Below are positions 1 through 8,950 of a stretch of DNA of 64,000 nt, in pieces (the stretch's first letter is position 1; the number at the start of each line of letters is the position of its first letter). The stretch lies in the IMG/VR virus record IMGVR_UViG_3300020388_000010. The stretch is one strand, 5' to 3'. Source of the DNA: a virus (lineage: Duplodnaviria; Caudoviricetes). Made by a program: the position numbers and the translations under genes. The notes under the pieces were generated by a model. That model saw only the letters and a list, made by a program, of their open reading frames with translations. It was not told the origin of the DNA and did no database searches.

Positions 1-2
1 CA

Positions 3-389
3 TTAAGTGAAGAACATTTACAAAATGCAAAAAAATTATTTGCAAATGTTGTACAACCAATAAGAGAAAAGTTTGGTATAACACTCATTACATCTGGGTA
101 TAGAAGTCCAGATTTAAATGCAAAGATAGGTGGTTCTTCTAAATCACAACATTGTAAAGGTCAGGCGGTTGACCTTGAGTGTTTAAAAGAAAGTAATGCA
201 GATGTGGCTATGTGGATAGAAAACAATTTAGATTTTGACCAGTTAATTTTAGAGTTCTATACACCAGGCGACCCTAGAAGTGGGTGGATTCATATATCTT
301 ATAATGAAGATGGAAAAAATAGAAAATCGGTATTGACAGCAAGTAAAATAAATGGTAAAGTAGTATACACAAAAGGATTAAATGTATAA
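3..389 (+). CDS. Peptidase M15 family endolysin-like protein (N-terminus lies before the window)
   Basis: Frame is open from position 3 and reads ITSGYRSPDLNAKIGGSSKSQHCKGQAVD...DFDQLILEF...GWIHISY, the M15 Zn-peptidase motifs. The track's 204 start is internal. Confidence 0.85.
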   Translation, partial: LSEEHLQNAKKLFANVVQPIREKFGITLITSGYRSPDLNAKIGGSSKSQHCKGQAVDLECLKESNADVAMWIENNLDFDQLILEFYTPGDPRSGWIHISYNEDGKNRKSVLTASKINGKVVYTKGLNV

Positions 390-398
390 TTACTTACA

Positions 399-938
399 AT
401 GCAAAATATATTTTCAACAGGCATAGAAACATTTAAATTAGAAGGTATAGATAATGAATCAATTATTAACTATTCAGAAAAAAATTCAATCAGAAATGGT
501 GTGAAAGAAAATAAAGATATACTTACTAATAATATATTTACAGAATTAAATAATGTTGTAAAAATAAAAATGAATGAGTATTATAGTAAAATATATAATG
601 ACAAATATAATATGGTAGTATCGCAAGCTTGGTCAAATGTTAATAATGATGATTTAATAACAGAACCACATAATCACAGAGAATCTTTTATATCTGCTGT
701 ATATTATCCTTTGGCAACAGACGGTCACATTTCATTTTTAAATCCTATGCAATCATTAATATCTCATCAATCTAATGATATGATAGACGAGTTTAATGAA
801 TATAATAGTGATTATTATAAATTTAATGCTAGAACTGGACATCTAATAGTTTTTAATTCTATGTTACAACATTACATAGGTGACACTAAAGAAAAAAGAA
901 TATCAATAGCTTACAATGGAATTAATAGAAAATGCTAG
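399..938 (+). CDS. 2OG-Fe(II) oxygenase-like protein (TIGR02466-type)
   Basis: W-S-N, HNH..ISAVYY, LIVFNSMLQH, KRISIAYN motifs. Confidence 0.8.
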   Translation: MQNIFSTGIETFKLEGIDNESIINYSEKNSIRNGVKENKDILTNNIFTELNNVVKIKMNEYYSKIYNDKYNMVVSQAWSNVNNDDLITEPHNHRESFISAVYYPLATDGHISFLNPMQSLISHQSNDMIDEFNEYNSDYYKFNARTGHLIVFNSMLQHYIGDTKEKRISIAYNGINRKC

Positions 939-1036
939 ATAAAAAAGGTTATACTCAAAGAGAATGGGATAGAGTTGTAGGTTATGGGAAAGTACCAGAT
1001 GAATATAAGAAAAAGAATGTTCCAACACAAAAATAA
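932..1036 (+). CDS. Small hypothetical protein MLDKKGYTQREWDRVVGYGKVPDEYKKKNVPTQK (not in track)
   Basis: Manual translation; overlaps the flanking genes in the way tightly packed phage genes do. Confidence 0.5.
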   Translation: MLDKKGYTQREWDRVVGYGKVPDEYKKKNVPTQK

Positions 1037-1703
1037 TTTAGATATACCAGACATAAGTGCTAAGACTTCTGATGGCATAAGGTTATACGAAACACCAGAG
1101 GGTAAGTTTTATCCATCTATCACTACTGTTTTAAAAAACAGAGGTAAAGAAGGTTTATTTGAGTGGAGAAAAAGAGTTGGTGAAGATGTTGCAACTTATG
1201 TTTCAAGAAAATCTGCAACAAGAGGAACTCAAGTACATCATTATTGTGAAAAGTATTTAGACAATGGTTATGAGAACAAAGATTGGAATGAATATAAAAA
1301 AGGTAGATTTCTATCTTATTGTTTGTTCTCACAACTAAAACCATATTTAGATAAAAGAATTGGATTGATACATTGTCAAGAAAGAGCATTATGGCACGAC
1401 TTTTATAAGATTGCTGGTAGGGTTGATTGTATTGCAGAGTGGAACGGAGAGTTGTCTGTAATTGATTTCAAAACAAGTACCAAAGAACGAGAAGATAATT
1501 GGAATGAGAACTATTATATACAAGCCTCTGCATATGCAGAGATGTATCAAGAAAGAACATCACAAGAGATAAACCAGATAGTTATATTAGTGGTTACAGA
1601 AGACGGTACAGTTCAAGAGTTTGTAAAAGATAAACATAAATATTTGCATCTACTTGACAAAGAGTTAAATCTATATTATAATACTGTAGAGACTGGTAAA
1701 TGA
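1017..1703 (+). CDS. PD-(D/E)xK exonuclease of T4-like marine phages
   Basis: YPSITTVL, RGTQVH, AGRVDCIAE, IDFKTS, YYIQASAYA. Start probably ATG 1017 (track gives 984). Confidence 0.85.
   Translation: MFQHKNNLDIPDISAKTSDGIRLYETPEGKFYPSITTVLKNRGKEGLFEWRKRVGEDVATYVSRKSATRGTQVHHYCEKYLDNGYENKDWNEYKKGRFLSYCLFSQLKPYLDKRIGLIHCQERALWHDFYKIAGRVDCIAEWNGELSVIDFKTSTKEREDNWNENYYIQASAYAEMYQERTSQEINQIVILVVTEDGTVQEFVKDKHKYLHLLDKELNLYYNTVETGK
1655..1683 (+). promoter_or_regulatory. sigma70-type promoter probably driving tmRNA-pqqA
   Basis: TTGACA-N17-TATAAT perfect consensus. Confidence 0.7.
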
Positions 1704-1757
1704 CAAATAACAGTTTGTTCATATAACTTACAGAAATGTAATTTATAGATATAAAGG

Positions 1758-2003
1758 ATACTTGACGAAGATGACTTTGAGATAGACTGGACGAGGGGGC
1801 AGTACCCTCCACCTCCACCAAAAAGCCTCTAATGAGGGGGTGAAATAGGGTAGACAGATGTTAAAGGGTTATTGGAGAGTATGGGTTGACTTCCTTATAG
1901 GTCAAACACTATAAACGCAAACGATAACTTTGCATCTCAAGATTTTGCACTAGCTGCTTAATCTGATAGGGTTCGGTGAGTTCCTAGTAACAGAATACTC
2001 ACC
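1758..2003 (+). ncRNA. ssrA: Circularly permuted two-piece tmRNA (alphaproteobacterial type)
   Basis: Acceptor piece ends GAGGG-GGCAGTA-CCCTC-CACCTCC-ACCA at 1820. After a 15-nt spacer the coding piece starts GGGGGTGAAATAGG at 1836, giving a 7-bp acceptor stem with G3:U. Tag frame 1917-1961 = ANDNFASQDFALAA*. Terminal GGTGAG..CTAGTAACAGAA..CTCACC hairpin. Confidence 0.95.
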
Positions 2004-2068
2004 ATTTAATAATGAGTGGTCTGCGGCCCAAGGCAACCAGCACTCCAATACTAGTTAGGAGAATAACT

Positions 2069-2146
2069 ATGGCTTGGTCAAAACCAACTATTACTGAAAT
2101 TTCAGTAGGTCTTGAAATTAATTCATACGCTTGCGCTGAGAAGTAA
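2069..2146 (+). CDS. pqqA: PQQ precursor peptide PqqA, MAWSKPTITEISVGLEINSYACAEK (not in track)
   Basis: 25 aa with a W-x-KP leader and the G-x-E-I-N-S-Y core (ExxxY), strong AGGAGA RBS upstream, terminator downstream. Confidence 0.9.
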   Translation: MAWSKPTITEISVGLEINSYACAEK

Positions 2147-2158
2147 TTTCATTAAATT

Positions 2159-2202
2159 GGGTGGGGTATAATACCCTTGAGGTTTGAACCCACCCTCTTT
2201 TT
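2159..2202 (+). terminator. Intrinsic terminator after pqqA
   Basis: GGGTGGG...CCCACCC stem followed by TCTTTTT. Confidence 0.65.
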
Positions 2203-2231
2203 ATTAATTTTTATTAGATTGTGAATACATT

Positions 2232-2441
2232 ATGACACCAAAAACATTTTCAATATACATAGAATCTCAAGTCAGAGAGAAAAACATATCACATATGGAT
2301 GCAATATTAGAATATTGTACCAAGAACGAAGTAGAACCAGATAGTATAACTGGTCTAATCCAAAAACCACTTAAAGATAAAATAGAAGCAAACGCAAGAG
2401 ATTTAAACTTTTTACCTAAAATGGGTAAACTACCAGTATGA
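2232..2441 (+). CDS. gp33: gp33 late promoter transcription co-activator
   Basis: SHMDAILEYC..NEVEPDS..LI.KPLKDKIEANARDLNFLPK; upstream of gp59. Confidence 0.9.
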   Translation: MTPKTFSIYIESQVREKNISHMDAILEYCTKNEVEPDSITGLIQKPLKDKIEANARDLNFLPKMGKLPV

Positions 2442-3031
2442 TTCATATTATGGACGCCTTTAATGCATTTAAAATTTATATGGGTCTGAAAGCACACTTC
2501 AACTCAGACTATGACTTTACAAAGTATGGTGGTAAAACCAGAGCTAGTAAATCAAGTTATTTAAAAAGAAAAGACAAACATTTTTTTGGTAAAGTTGCAA
2601 GAAAATATGGTGATGAAACTCAAGACTTTTTTGTTTCTAATTTTTTAAGAAATGAAAAAGGATACATTGGAGAGTTTAATGATAGGAACTTTACAGATTG
2701 GAAAAAAAGACATCAATCATTAAGATATATGTTTGAACAAGATATGAACTTGTTGTTAAATCAAGTTACAAATTTTAATAAATTATTTACTGTTGAAAAC
2801 GGACAACACCCAATATTGTTTAGAAATTATTTATCACAAAGAATCAATATAGAAACAATGATTATATTAAACAAGTTAGTAAACTATCAAAAGGATTGGG
2901 ATAAACAAATAAGTGAAAACATCATCTGGCCTAATCATAGAAACAAATTAAATAATTACAATTCACTATTGACAATTAACGAAACAGAGTATAAAATGAA
3001 ACTCATTAACTTAACAAAAAGTAAAAAGTAA
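2438..3031 (+). CDS. gp59: gp59 helicase loader
   Basis: AFKIYMGLKAHF..YDFTKYGGK, KRKDKHFF, GQHPILF, INIETMIIL. Confidence 0.9.
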   Translation: MIHIMDAFNAFKIYMGLKAHFNSDYDFTKYGGKTRASKSSYLKRKDKHFFGKVARKYGDETQDFFVSNFLRNEKGYIGEFNDRNFTDWKKRHQSLRYMFEQDMNLLLNQVTNFNKLFTVENGQHPILFRNYLSQRINIETMIILNKLVNYQKDWDKQISENIIWPNHRNKLNNYNSLLTINETEYKMKLINLTKSKK

Positions 3032-3978
3032 TGCATATAATACCAATATACGATAAACAAGGTACAGAAGTAAACAGATTAGAAATAAACGATGATTTAA
3101 ATCATTGTGGTGGAAGGGTCTGGAAAGGTAAAGAACACTATTACAAAGGTTTAGGTATTCCTTACTCTCATCATCAATTACTAGAAAAAGATATTACAGA
3201 TGATTCTGAATTTGATATGATACAGAATACAAATATATTTTATCTAGGGTATCTTGTGTGTAGAAAAAATTGGAAGAATAAAGTAGGAATATTCCAAGAG
3301 AGATATCAACCATTTTTTCCAGATTTTATTGGTGCTTGTAGTGTTAAAGAAAAAACAATTACTGGTAACTCAAGAGGTTTTAAAAAGTCATCAGTTGATG
3401 TGATAGAAGTTATTAATTATGATGCAGTAAACAAACAGTATTATTTTAAAATGGATTATAAGTGTAAAAGAAAAAGTTATATTAAAGATGATGGTAAACC
3501 ACAAAAATTACAAGATTTATTAGAATATATGTTAGAAAGTGATTGGAACTTTCTGTGGGATAAAGGTGCAATCAATGATATAACACCAGAGGGTCTGGTG
3601 TCAGATGTAGCTGACCTATTTGAGTCAGATGAATTGCACCATCAATTAGGAACTGTATATTCAGTTTTATACAGTTTACACAATGTTAATGTACAAAAAT
3701 ATTTTGAGTTTCTTAAACATATGAAATTAGAACATAAGAATCAATCTTCTTTTATTACTAATTCCATATTGATTTTAGAGAATAATGGTATTGATACTTT
3801 ACCATTAAAACCTTTTAATGAAAATATGAAAAACTTTAAACATACAGTTTTGAATTTCTTATTACAAGGTAAAAATTGTGCATATTGTTCTTGTGATATG
3901 TTTATACACGAGGGTGATTTGGTCAGAGATGATTATGTACGAAAAGTATCAAAACAACTACAACACATACAATATTAA
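3031..3978 (+). CDS. Hypothetical protein with C-terminal CxxCxC
   Basis: 315-aa ORF with no recognised family. Confidence 0.7.
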   Translation: MHIIPIYDKQGTEVNRLEINDDLNHCGGRVWKGKEHYYKGLGIPYSHHQLLEKDITDDSEFDMIQNTNIFYLGYLVCRKNWKNKVGIFQERYQPFFPDFIGACSVKEKTITGNSRGFKKSSVDVIEVINYDAVNKQYYFKMDYKCKRKSYIKDDGKPQKLQDLLEYMLESDWNFLWDKGAINDITPEGLVSDVADLFESDELHHQLGTVYSVLYSLHNVNVQKYFEFLKHMKLEHKNQSSFITNSILILENNGIDTLPLKPFNENMKNFKHTVLNFLLQGKNCAYCSCDMFIHEGDLVRDDYVRKVSKQLQHIQY

Positions 3979-3995
3979 TTTAACTTGGAGTAAAT

Positions 3996-4196
3996 ATGGA
4001 ACAAAAACAATCTAACGAATCTTTAGTAAGAGAAAGAGATTTTTATCGTTCTAAATTTGAAGGTATGGAAGATAAAATAAAACTTCTATCATCTGATTGT
4101 GCATATCTTAAAAAAGATAATGACAGTTTAAGAGATAGATTAAAAGAAGTAAACAAACAAGCTTTTATTAAAAATAAAAGAAATTTTAGGAGATAG
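3996..4196 (+). CDS. Hypothetical coiled-coil protein
   Basis: GGAG RBS, heptad pattern. Confidence 0.7.
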   Translation: MEQKQSNESLVRERDFYRSKFEGMEDKIKLLSSDCAYLKKDNDSLRDRLKEVNKQAFIKNKRNFRR

Positions 4197-4198
4197 AT

Positions 4199-4507
4199 GT
4201 GGAACAAAGATTTACATTTATAAAAACAAATGAAATAAAAGATGATTTTGATTCTGAGGAGAGAGTAGAAGTTGAAGTTGTTATGGAAGAAAATGATTTA
4301 GGACAACTAGAAGAAAAGTTTAATAACTTTCTAAAAGGTTGTGGTTATGAAGATATTACAGTATCAATATCAGAACCTAGAATAGAACAAGATGGTGATG
4401 TTCTTGGTGACTTAGATGATGAACTAGAAGATGTTGACGAAGTGGACAATATTCACGCTTTCAAAAAAACTAGTGATTATAATGATAAACCATCTGATAC
4501 AGAGTAA
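4199..4507 (+). CDS. Hypothetical acidic protein
   Basis: AGGA RBS, FNNFLKGCGY segment, in operon. Confidence 0.65.
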   Translation: MEQRFTFIKTNEIKDDFDSEERVEVEVVMEENDLGQLEEKFNNFLKGCGYEDITVSISEPRIEQDGDVLGDLDDELEDVDEVDNIHAFKKTSDYNDKPSDTE

Positions 4508-5418
4508 TGCAACAACTATCTTTATTGGATATTATAGTGAATAATAGTAAACTTAAAAATGTATTTGTACTTGGTAATGGTGAGTCCAGAGATGGATATG
4601 ACCTAAAACAATTTAGACAATGGGGAAAGATATATGGGTGCAATGCACTTTATAGGGATTTTCAACCAGACGGATTGATATCAACAGATTGGGCTATGAT
4701 GCACGAGATATATTCATCTGGTTATTGTTCTAATAACAAATGTTATTTTAGACAATGGAAACTGTTACCAGAACAATTCTTTGAGATGTTACAATATACT
4801 GGATTAGAACAATCAAGTATGGAACAACTGAATGAACAACTCAAGAGTTTAGATTTAGATACAGTAGATAAATTTTTACATCAAAATGAAAAAGGTTCTA
4901 GAACACAATTAGTTTGTCACGGAATAGACCCAGAGAGATTTAAAGATGCGATATTAGAAATATTATCAAAGTTTAAAGGATTACCGAAAGGTGATGTAAG
5001 ACAAAAACTAGGTAATGCTGGTTTATGGATTACTTGGGTAGATGATAATGATATGGCTGAAGATTTAGATACTTTCTTTGATGGTGAATTTATGGGTTGG
5101 AGTTCTGGCCCTACTGCTGTTAGAGTTGCAATAGAAGAAAATAAAGATATAGATAGCGTCTATATGTTAGGATTTGATATGCCAAGAGATGGTAAAGTAA
5201 ATAATGTGTATAAAGACACAGATTGTTACATTACTTCTGATTGTAAATATGTAAGTCCTATGAACTGGATAGAACAACACGAAAATAATTTTAAGAAATA
5301 TCCAGACAAAAAGTTTTACAGAGTTATAGATGATGGTTCTGAAATACCAGAATGGTCAGACTATAACAATGTGAAAACAATCACCTACGGAAATATGTGG
5401 GGTAGAGTGGTTGTATAA
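4507..5418 (+). CDS. Conserved phage protein with a Rossmann-like (MptE/GT29-like) signature
   Basis: VFVLGNGESR, IYGCNALYRDF.PD, WSSGPTA, VYMLGFD, NNVYKDT. Confidence 0.6.
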   Translation: MQQLSLLDIIVNNSKLKNVFVLGNGESRDGYDLKQFRQWGKIYGCNALYRDFQPDGLISTDWAMMHEIYSSGYCSNNKCYFRQWKLLPEQFFEMLQYTGLEQSSMEQLNEQLKSLDLDTVDKFLHQNEKGSRTQLVCHGIDPERFKDAILEILSKFKGLPKGDVRQKLGNAGLWITWVDDNDMAEDLDTFFDGEFMGWSSGPTAVRVAIEENKDIDSVYMLGFDMPRDGKVNNVYKDTDCYITSDCKYVSPMNWIEQHENNFKKYPDKKFYRVIDDGSEIPEWSDYNNVKTITYGNMWGRVVV

Positions 5419-5421
5419 ATA
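5414..5421 (+). promoter_or_regulatory. T4-type late promoter upstream of gp32
   Basis: TATAAATA. Confidence 0.65.
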
Positions 5422-5488
5422 ACATTATATTATGATTAAGTGAAATAAAATAACATATAAAACATATAATAACATACGGAGATATAAT

Positions 5489-6379
5489 ATGTCATTAGAT
5501 ACTTTAAAAAAGTCTAATTCTTTAGACAAGATACTGGCTGCAGTTGAATCAGAAAATGCACCAGTAGAAAAACAATCATATGTAGATGAGAGATTGTGGA
5601 AACCAGAACTAGATAAGTCTGGTAATGGTTATGCAGTTATTCGTTTTCTGCCTGCACCAGATGGTGAAGATATGCCTTGGGCAAAACTTTGGAATCACGC
5701 ATTTCAAGGGCCAACTGGTAAGTGGTACATTGAAAACTCATTAACTACATTAAGTCAAAAAGACCCAGTTTCAGAATACAATTCTCAACTGTGGAACTCT
5801 GGTGTTGAAAGTGATAAAGAAATTGCTAGAAAACAAAAGAGAAAACTACAATACTACTCAAACATATATGTAGTGTCTGACCCAAAGCATCCAGAAAATG
5901 AAGGTAAAGTTTTCTTATTCAGATATGGTAAGAAAATTTATGATAAATTGATGGAAGCTTTACAACCTCAGTTTGAAGATGAAACTCCAGTAAATCCATT
6001 TGATTTCTGGGAAGGTGCAAACTTCAAATTGAAAATTAGGAAGGTTGACGGATATTGGAACTACGACAAGTCAGAGTTTGATAGTCCATCAAAATTAAAC
6101 GAAGATGATTCCGAATTAGATAAGATTTGGAAGACAGAATACTCTTTAAAAGAGTTTAATGCACCATCTAACTTTAAGACTTATGATGAACTCAAAAATC
6201 GTCTTGACGATGTTCTAAGTGGAACTCAATCATCAACAAGTTCTGCTGAAGATGTAGAACTTCCTAAGACAGAAGTTGACGGAGATGACAAATCTTATGT
6301 AGATAATGTTGTCAAAACAACTTCTAATGAAAGTGATGATAGTTTAGATTACTTTCAGAAATTAGCAAAAGAAGCCTAA
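5489..6379 (+). CDS. gp32: gp32 single-stranded DNA-binding protein
   Basis: DERLWKP.LDKSGNGYAVIRFLPA, WYIENSLTT, YGKKIYDK, acidic tail ending YFQKLA. Confidence 0.97.
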   Translation: MSLDTLKKSNSLDKILAAVESENAPVEKQSYVDERLWKPELDKSGNGYAVIRFLPAPDGEDMPWAKLWNHAFQGPTGKWYIENSLTTLSQKDPVSEYNSQLWNSGVESDKEIARKQKRKLQYYSNIYVVSDPKHPENEGKVFLFRYGKKIYDKLMEALQPQFEDETPVNPFDFWEGANFKLKIRKVDGYWNYDKSEFDSPSKLNEDDSELDKIWKTEYSLKEFNAPSNFKTYDELKNRLDDVLSGTQSSTSSAEDVELPKTEVDGDDKSYVDNVVKTTSNESDDSLDYFQKLAKEA

Positions 6380-6403
6380 ACTTCTTTTTGTTTCTCCTTA
6401 TTG

Positions 6404-6438
6404 AAGGGGTGTTACACTTTTGTGTACACCCCTTTTTT
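6404..6438 (+). terminator. Intrinsic terminator after gp32
   Basis: AAGGGGTGT..ACACCCCTT stem plus T run. Confidence 0.8.
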
Positions 6439-6472
6439 ATTATAAATAGTAATGAGAGTAGGAGAGGCAAAT

Positions 6473-6919
6473 ATGGTAGACCCAATTACAGCATTTGGAG
6501 CTGCAACAGCAGCCTTTAGTGCAATCAAAAAAGGATTTGAAATTGGCCGAGATGTGGAATCTATGTATGGAGACATCGGTAGGTGGATGACAAGTTGTGA
6601 AACTGTAACTAAAGAAGCAGCTAAAGCAAAAAAATCTGGTATGAGTGTTGAAGAAGAAGCACTTGAAGTCTTTGCACACAAAAAGAAAATCGCCGCAATG
6701 GAACAAGAACTCAGAACTTTCGTGAATATGAATCACGGCCCTGATGCTTGGAATGAAGTTTTAAGAATACAAGCAGAGATAAGAAAAAAAAGAAAAGAAG
6801 CAATAGCACTTGCAAAGAAAAAGCAAGAAGAAATGATTATGTGGATTATGATAGGTGTGGGTTCATTATGTTCCCTATGGGTAGTATTTTATGTTATCTG
6901 GAAGGCTATGGGACAGTAA
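6473..6919 (+). CDS. Hypothetical protein with C-terminal TM helix, late-expressed
   Basis: TATAAATA at 6441, AGGAGAGG RBS before MVDPIT, coiled coil plus TM. Confidence 0.75.
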   Translation: MVDPITAFGAATAAFSAIKKGFEIGRDVESMYGDIGRWMTSCETVTKEAAKAKKSGMSVEEEALEVFAHKKKIAAMEQELRTFVNMNHGPDAWNEVLRIQAEIRKKRKEAIALAKKKQEEMIMWIMIGVGSLCSLWVVFYVIWKAMGQ

Positions 6920-7061
6920 AATGGTAATATCCATAGGAGTATTAGAATGAAAAATAATATTTTGAGTAAATTAATGAAAAGTCATTGGTTTTGGATTTAT
7001 TTATTTGTTATAATTCTTTTTACAGTATTGACTTTTATTGATTTCATAACAAGTTAATTTA

Positions 7062-7250
7062 ATGAAAAAGTTTAAATGGACTCGTTGGCCGAGATTCAGA
7101 TCACAGTGGAGACACTCAATGCCATACAAGAGTCCAGTAGTAATGTGGGATAGTGAAATGGTATTAGTTGAGATTAAAGAAATAGACGGTGAGAAAGTTC
7201 CTATTCATATGTGTAGAGGGAAAAGTACCAGAAAGATACCAGAATATTAA
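7062..7250 (+). CDS. Hypothetical protein
   Basis: ORF converging on the tape-measure gene. Confidence 0.45.
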   Translation: MKKFKWTRWPRFRSQWRHSMPYKSPVVMWDSEMVLVEIKEIDGEKVPIHMCRGKSTRKIPEY

Positions 7251-8950
7251 CCAAATTGTTGTCTTACAACTTGACTATGAAAACTATCTGTAATTTTTGT
7301 ATCCATAACTATTGTTTGTTCAGATGGATTAGTTGTAATATTAGTGTTACCACCAGCCATCATAAATGATGCAGTTTGATTTTCTTTTTCTGCAACTAAT
7401 TTCTTATTATCTTTCATAAGTTCAACTAACTCATTTATTTTATCAACTTGTCTTATACTACTTTTTTCAATAATCTCATTATTCTTATCCATCACCTTTT
7501 TAATTTTTTCATTGTTTCTTTTCATACTCTCAACAGTAGCAACTCTTTTTTGTTCAATGAGTTTATCAAATTGTTCTTGAGTTATATCACCTGCTTCTAA
7601 TCTTTTTTGTTGAAACTTCTCAAATTTCTCAAAACTAAGTTGACTCTTTTCAACTTGTTTCGCATATCTTTCAATCTTATCGCCAGGTGTGTCAATTAAA
7701 TCTTCTGCCTTTATTAAACCAAAAGTAAAACCTTCAACTGCACCAGCACCCCCTGCTAATATTTTTTCAAACTTATTTGCCTCTTTACCAAATAGTTCAT
7801 TCGCATTTCCAAATGCTGCAACTGCATCTACTGCCGAAATAGCCACAGAACCAACTGCAAATCCTACTGGCCCTGCAGCTCTAAGTGTAGTAGCACCAAC
7901 TCTTAAACCACCTTTTGCAACATTTTTTAAACCAGGCATTCTTGATGGTTTGTCTGGTTTAATACTTTGTTTTTTCCCAGACATATCCATTTTTGATTTT
8001 CCACCAACGCCTGGTTTAACACCTTTTGCACCTTTACCACCTTTACCACCAAGACCCATCATTCCACCAAGTCCTCTGACCATACTTGTTGCAGTTTTTA
8101 TCGCAAAAATGATTGCAGCTCCAAAGGCAGCGATTGCTACACCTAATGTAATAAGAAAACCTTTTGTCCAACCACCAAACTTATCATTTGCATCTTTAAA
8201 TATTTTTTTTGCAACACCACCTAAACCCTCTTCTTGAAATACTGCATATAAATCTTTAACATAGTTAATAAATGACTTTGTAATTTCTATGGTTGCACGG
8301 ATAGTCTTTTTCAATCCCTCAAGAAATTTAGGCCACATATCACTATTAATAAATTTTTGTAAAGCAAATAGTGCAGTAAGTAAAAGACCACCAGTCAATA
8401 AATTTTTTAAAATTGCACCTATACTTTTAAATGTAGTTTCTATTGGTGATGTTATAGCACCTAATATACCTTTACCAAGATTCTGAACGGATGTTAATAA
8501 TTTACTTCGGTCTCTCTTTTCATCTTTTTTATCTTCGTTACTTTTTGTAACAGACTCTTTTATACCCAATGCAAAGAATTTTATTCTTTCACCAAAAGTT
8601 AAAAACCCCTTTTTATTCGCCTCTATAATTTGTTGTTGTAATTCACTTTGTTCTTCTTTTTGTTCTTTTGTTTCATTAATACTTTGAGATTGTATTTTTT
8701 GTAATTTTACTACTTCGTCTGTTGTCTCTTGTTGTAGATTATCAGTTTCAGTAATACCTTCTTTTTTATCAAATCTTTCTCTTTGAGCTGCAAGTCTAGT
8801 ATCATTAATTATTTCTGGTAATGCATCTTTTAATCTTTCACCAGCATCATCACCTCTATCATTCTGTTGAATAATAGTTTGTAGACTATCAGTAGTTTCT
8901 TTTTGTCTCTTGATAAGTTCTTGAAAGTCTCTTGAAGTGATGTCAGCCAT
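7247..8950 (-). CDS. Tail length tape-measure / baseplate hub protein (gp29-like)
   Basis: Helical protein with hydrophobic Gly/Ala-rich segments, downstream of gp26/gp51. Confidence 0.65.
   Translation of the reverse strand: MADITSRDFQELIKRQKETTDSLQTIIQQNDRGDDAGERLKDALPEIINDTRLAAQRERFDKKEGITETDNLQQETTDEVVKLQKIQSQSINETKEQKEEQSELQQQIIEANKKGFLTFGERIKFFALGIKESVTKSNEDKKDEKRDRSKLLTSVQNLGKGILGAITSPIETTFKSIGAILKNLLTGGLLLTALFALQKFINSDMWPKFLEGLKKTIRATIEITKSFINYVKDLYAVFQEEGLGGVAKKIFKDANDKFGGWTKGFLITLGVAIAAFGAAIIFAIKTATSMVRGLGGMMGLGGKGGKGAKGVKPGVGGKSKMDMSGKKQSIKPDKPSRMPGLKNVAKGGLRVGATTLRAAGPVGFAVGSVAISAVDAVAAFGNANELFGKEANKFEKILAGGAGAVEGFTFGLIKAEDLIDTPGDKIERYAKQVEKSQLSFEKFEKFQQKRLEAGDITQEQFDKLIEQKRVATVESMKRNNEKIKKVMDKNNEIIEKSSIRQVDKINELVELMKDNKKLVAEKENQTASFMMAGGNTNITTNPSEQTIVMDTKITDSFHSQVVRQQFG

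Noticed and set aside
984-1703. Cas4-like nuclease suggesting CRISPR-Cas
   Set aside because: Ordinary T4-like phage exonuclease; no cas genes and no repeat-spacer array in the window
1785-1820. tRNA-like 3' end (T-arm + CCA)
   Set aside because: No anticodon arm or upstream 5' half; it is the acceptor piece of the permuted tmRNA
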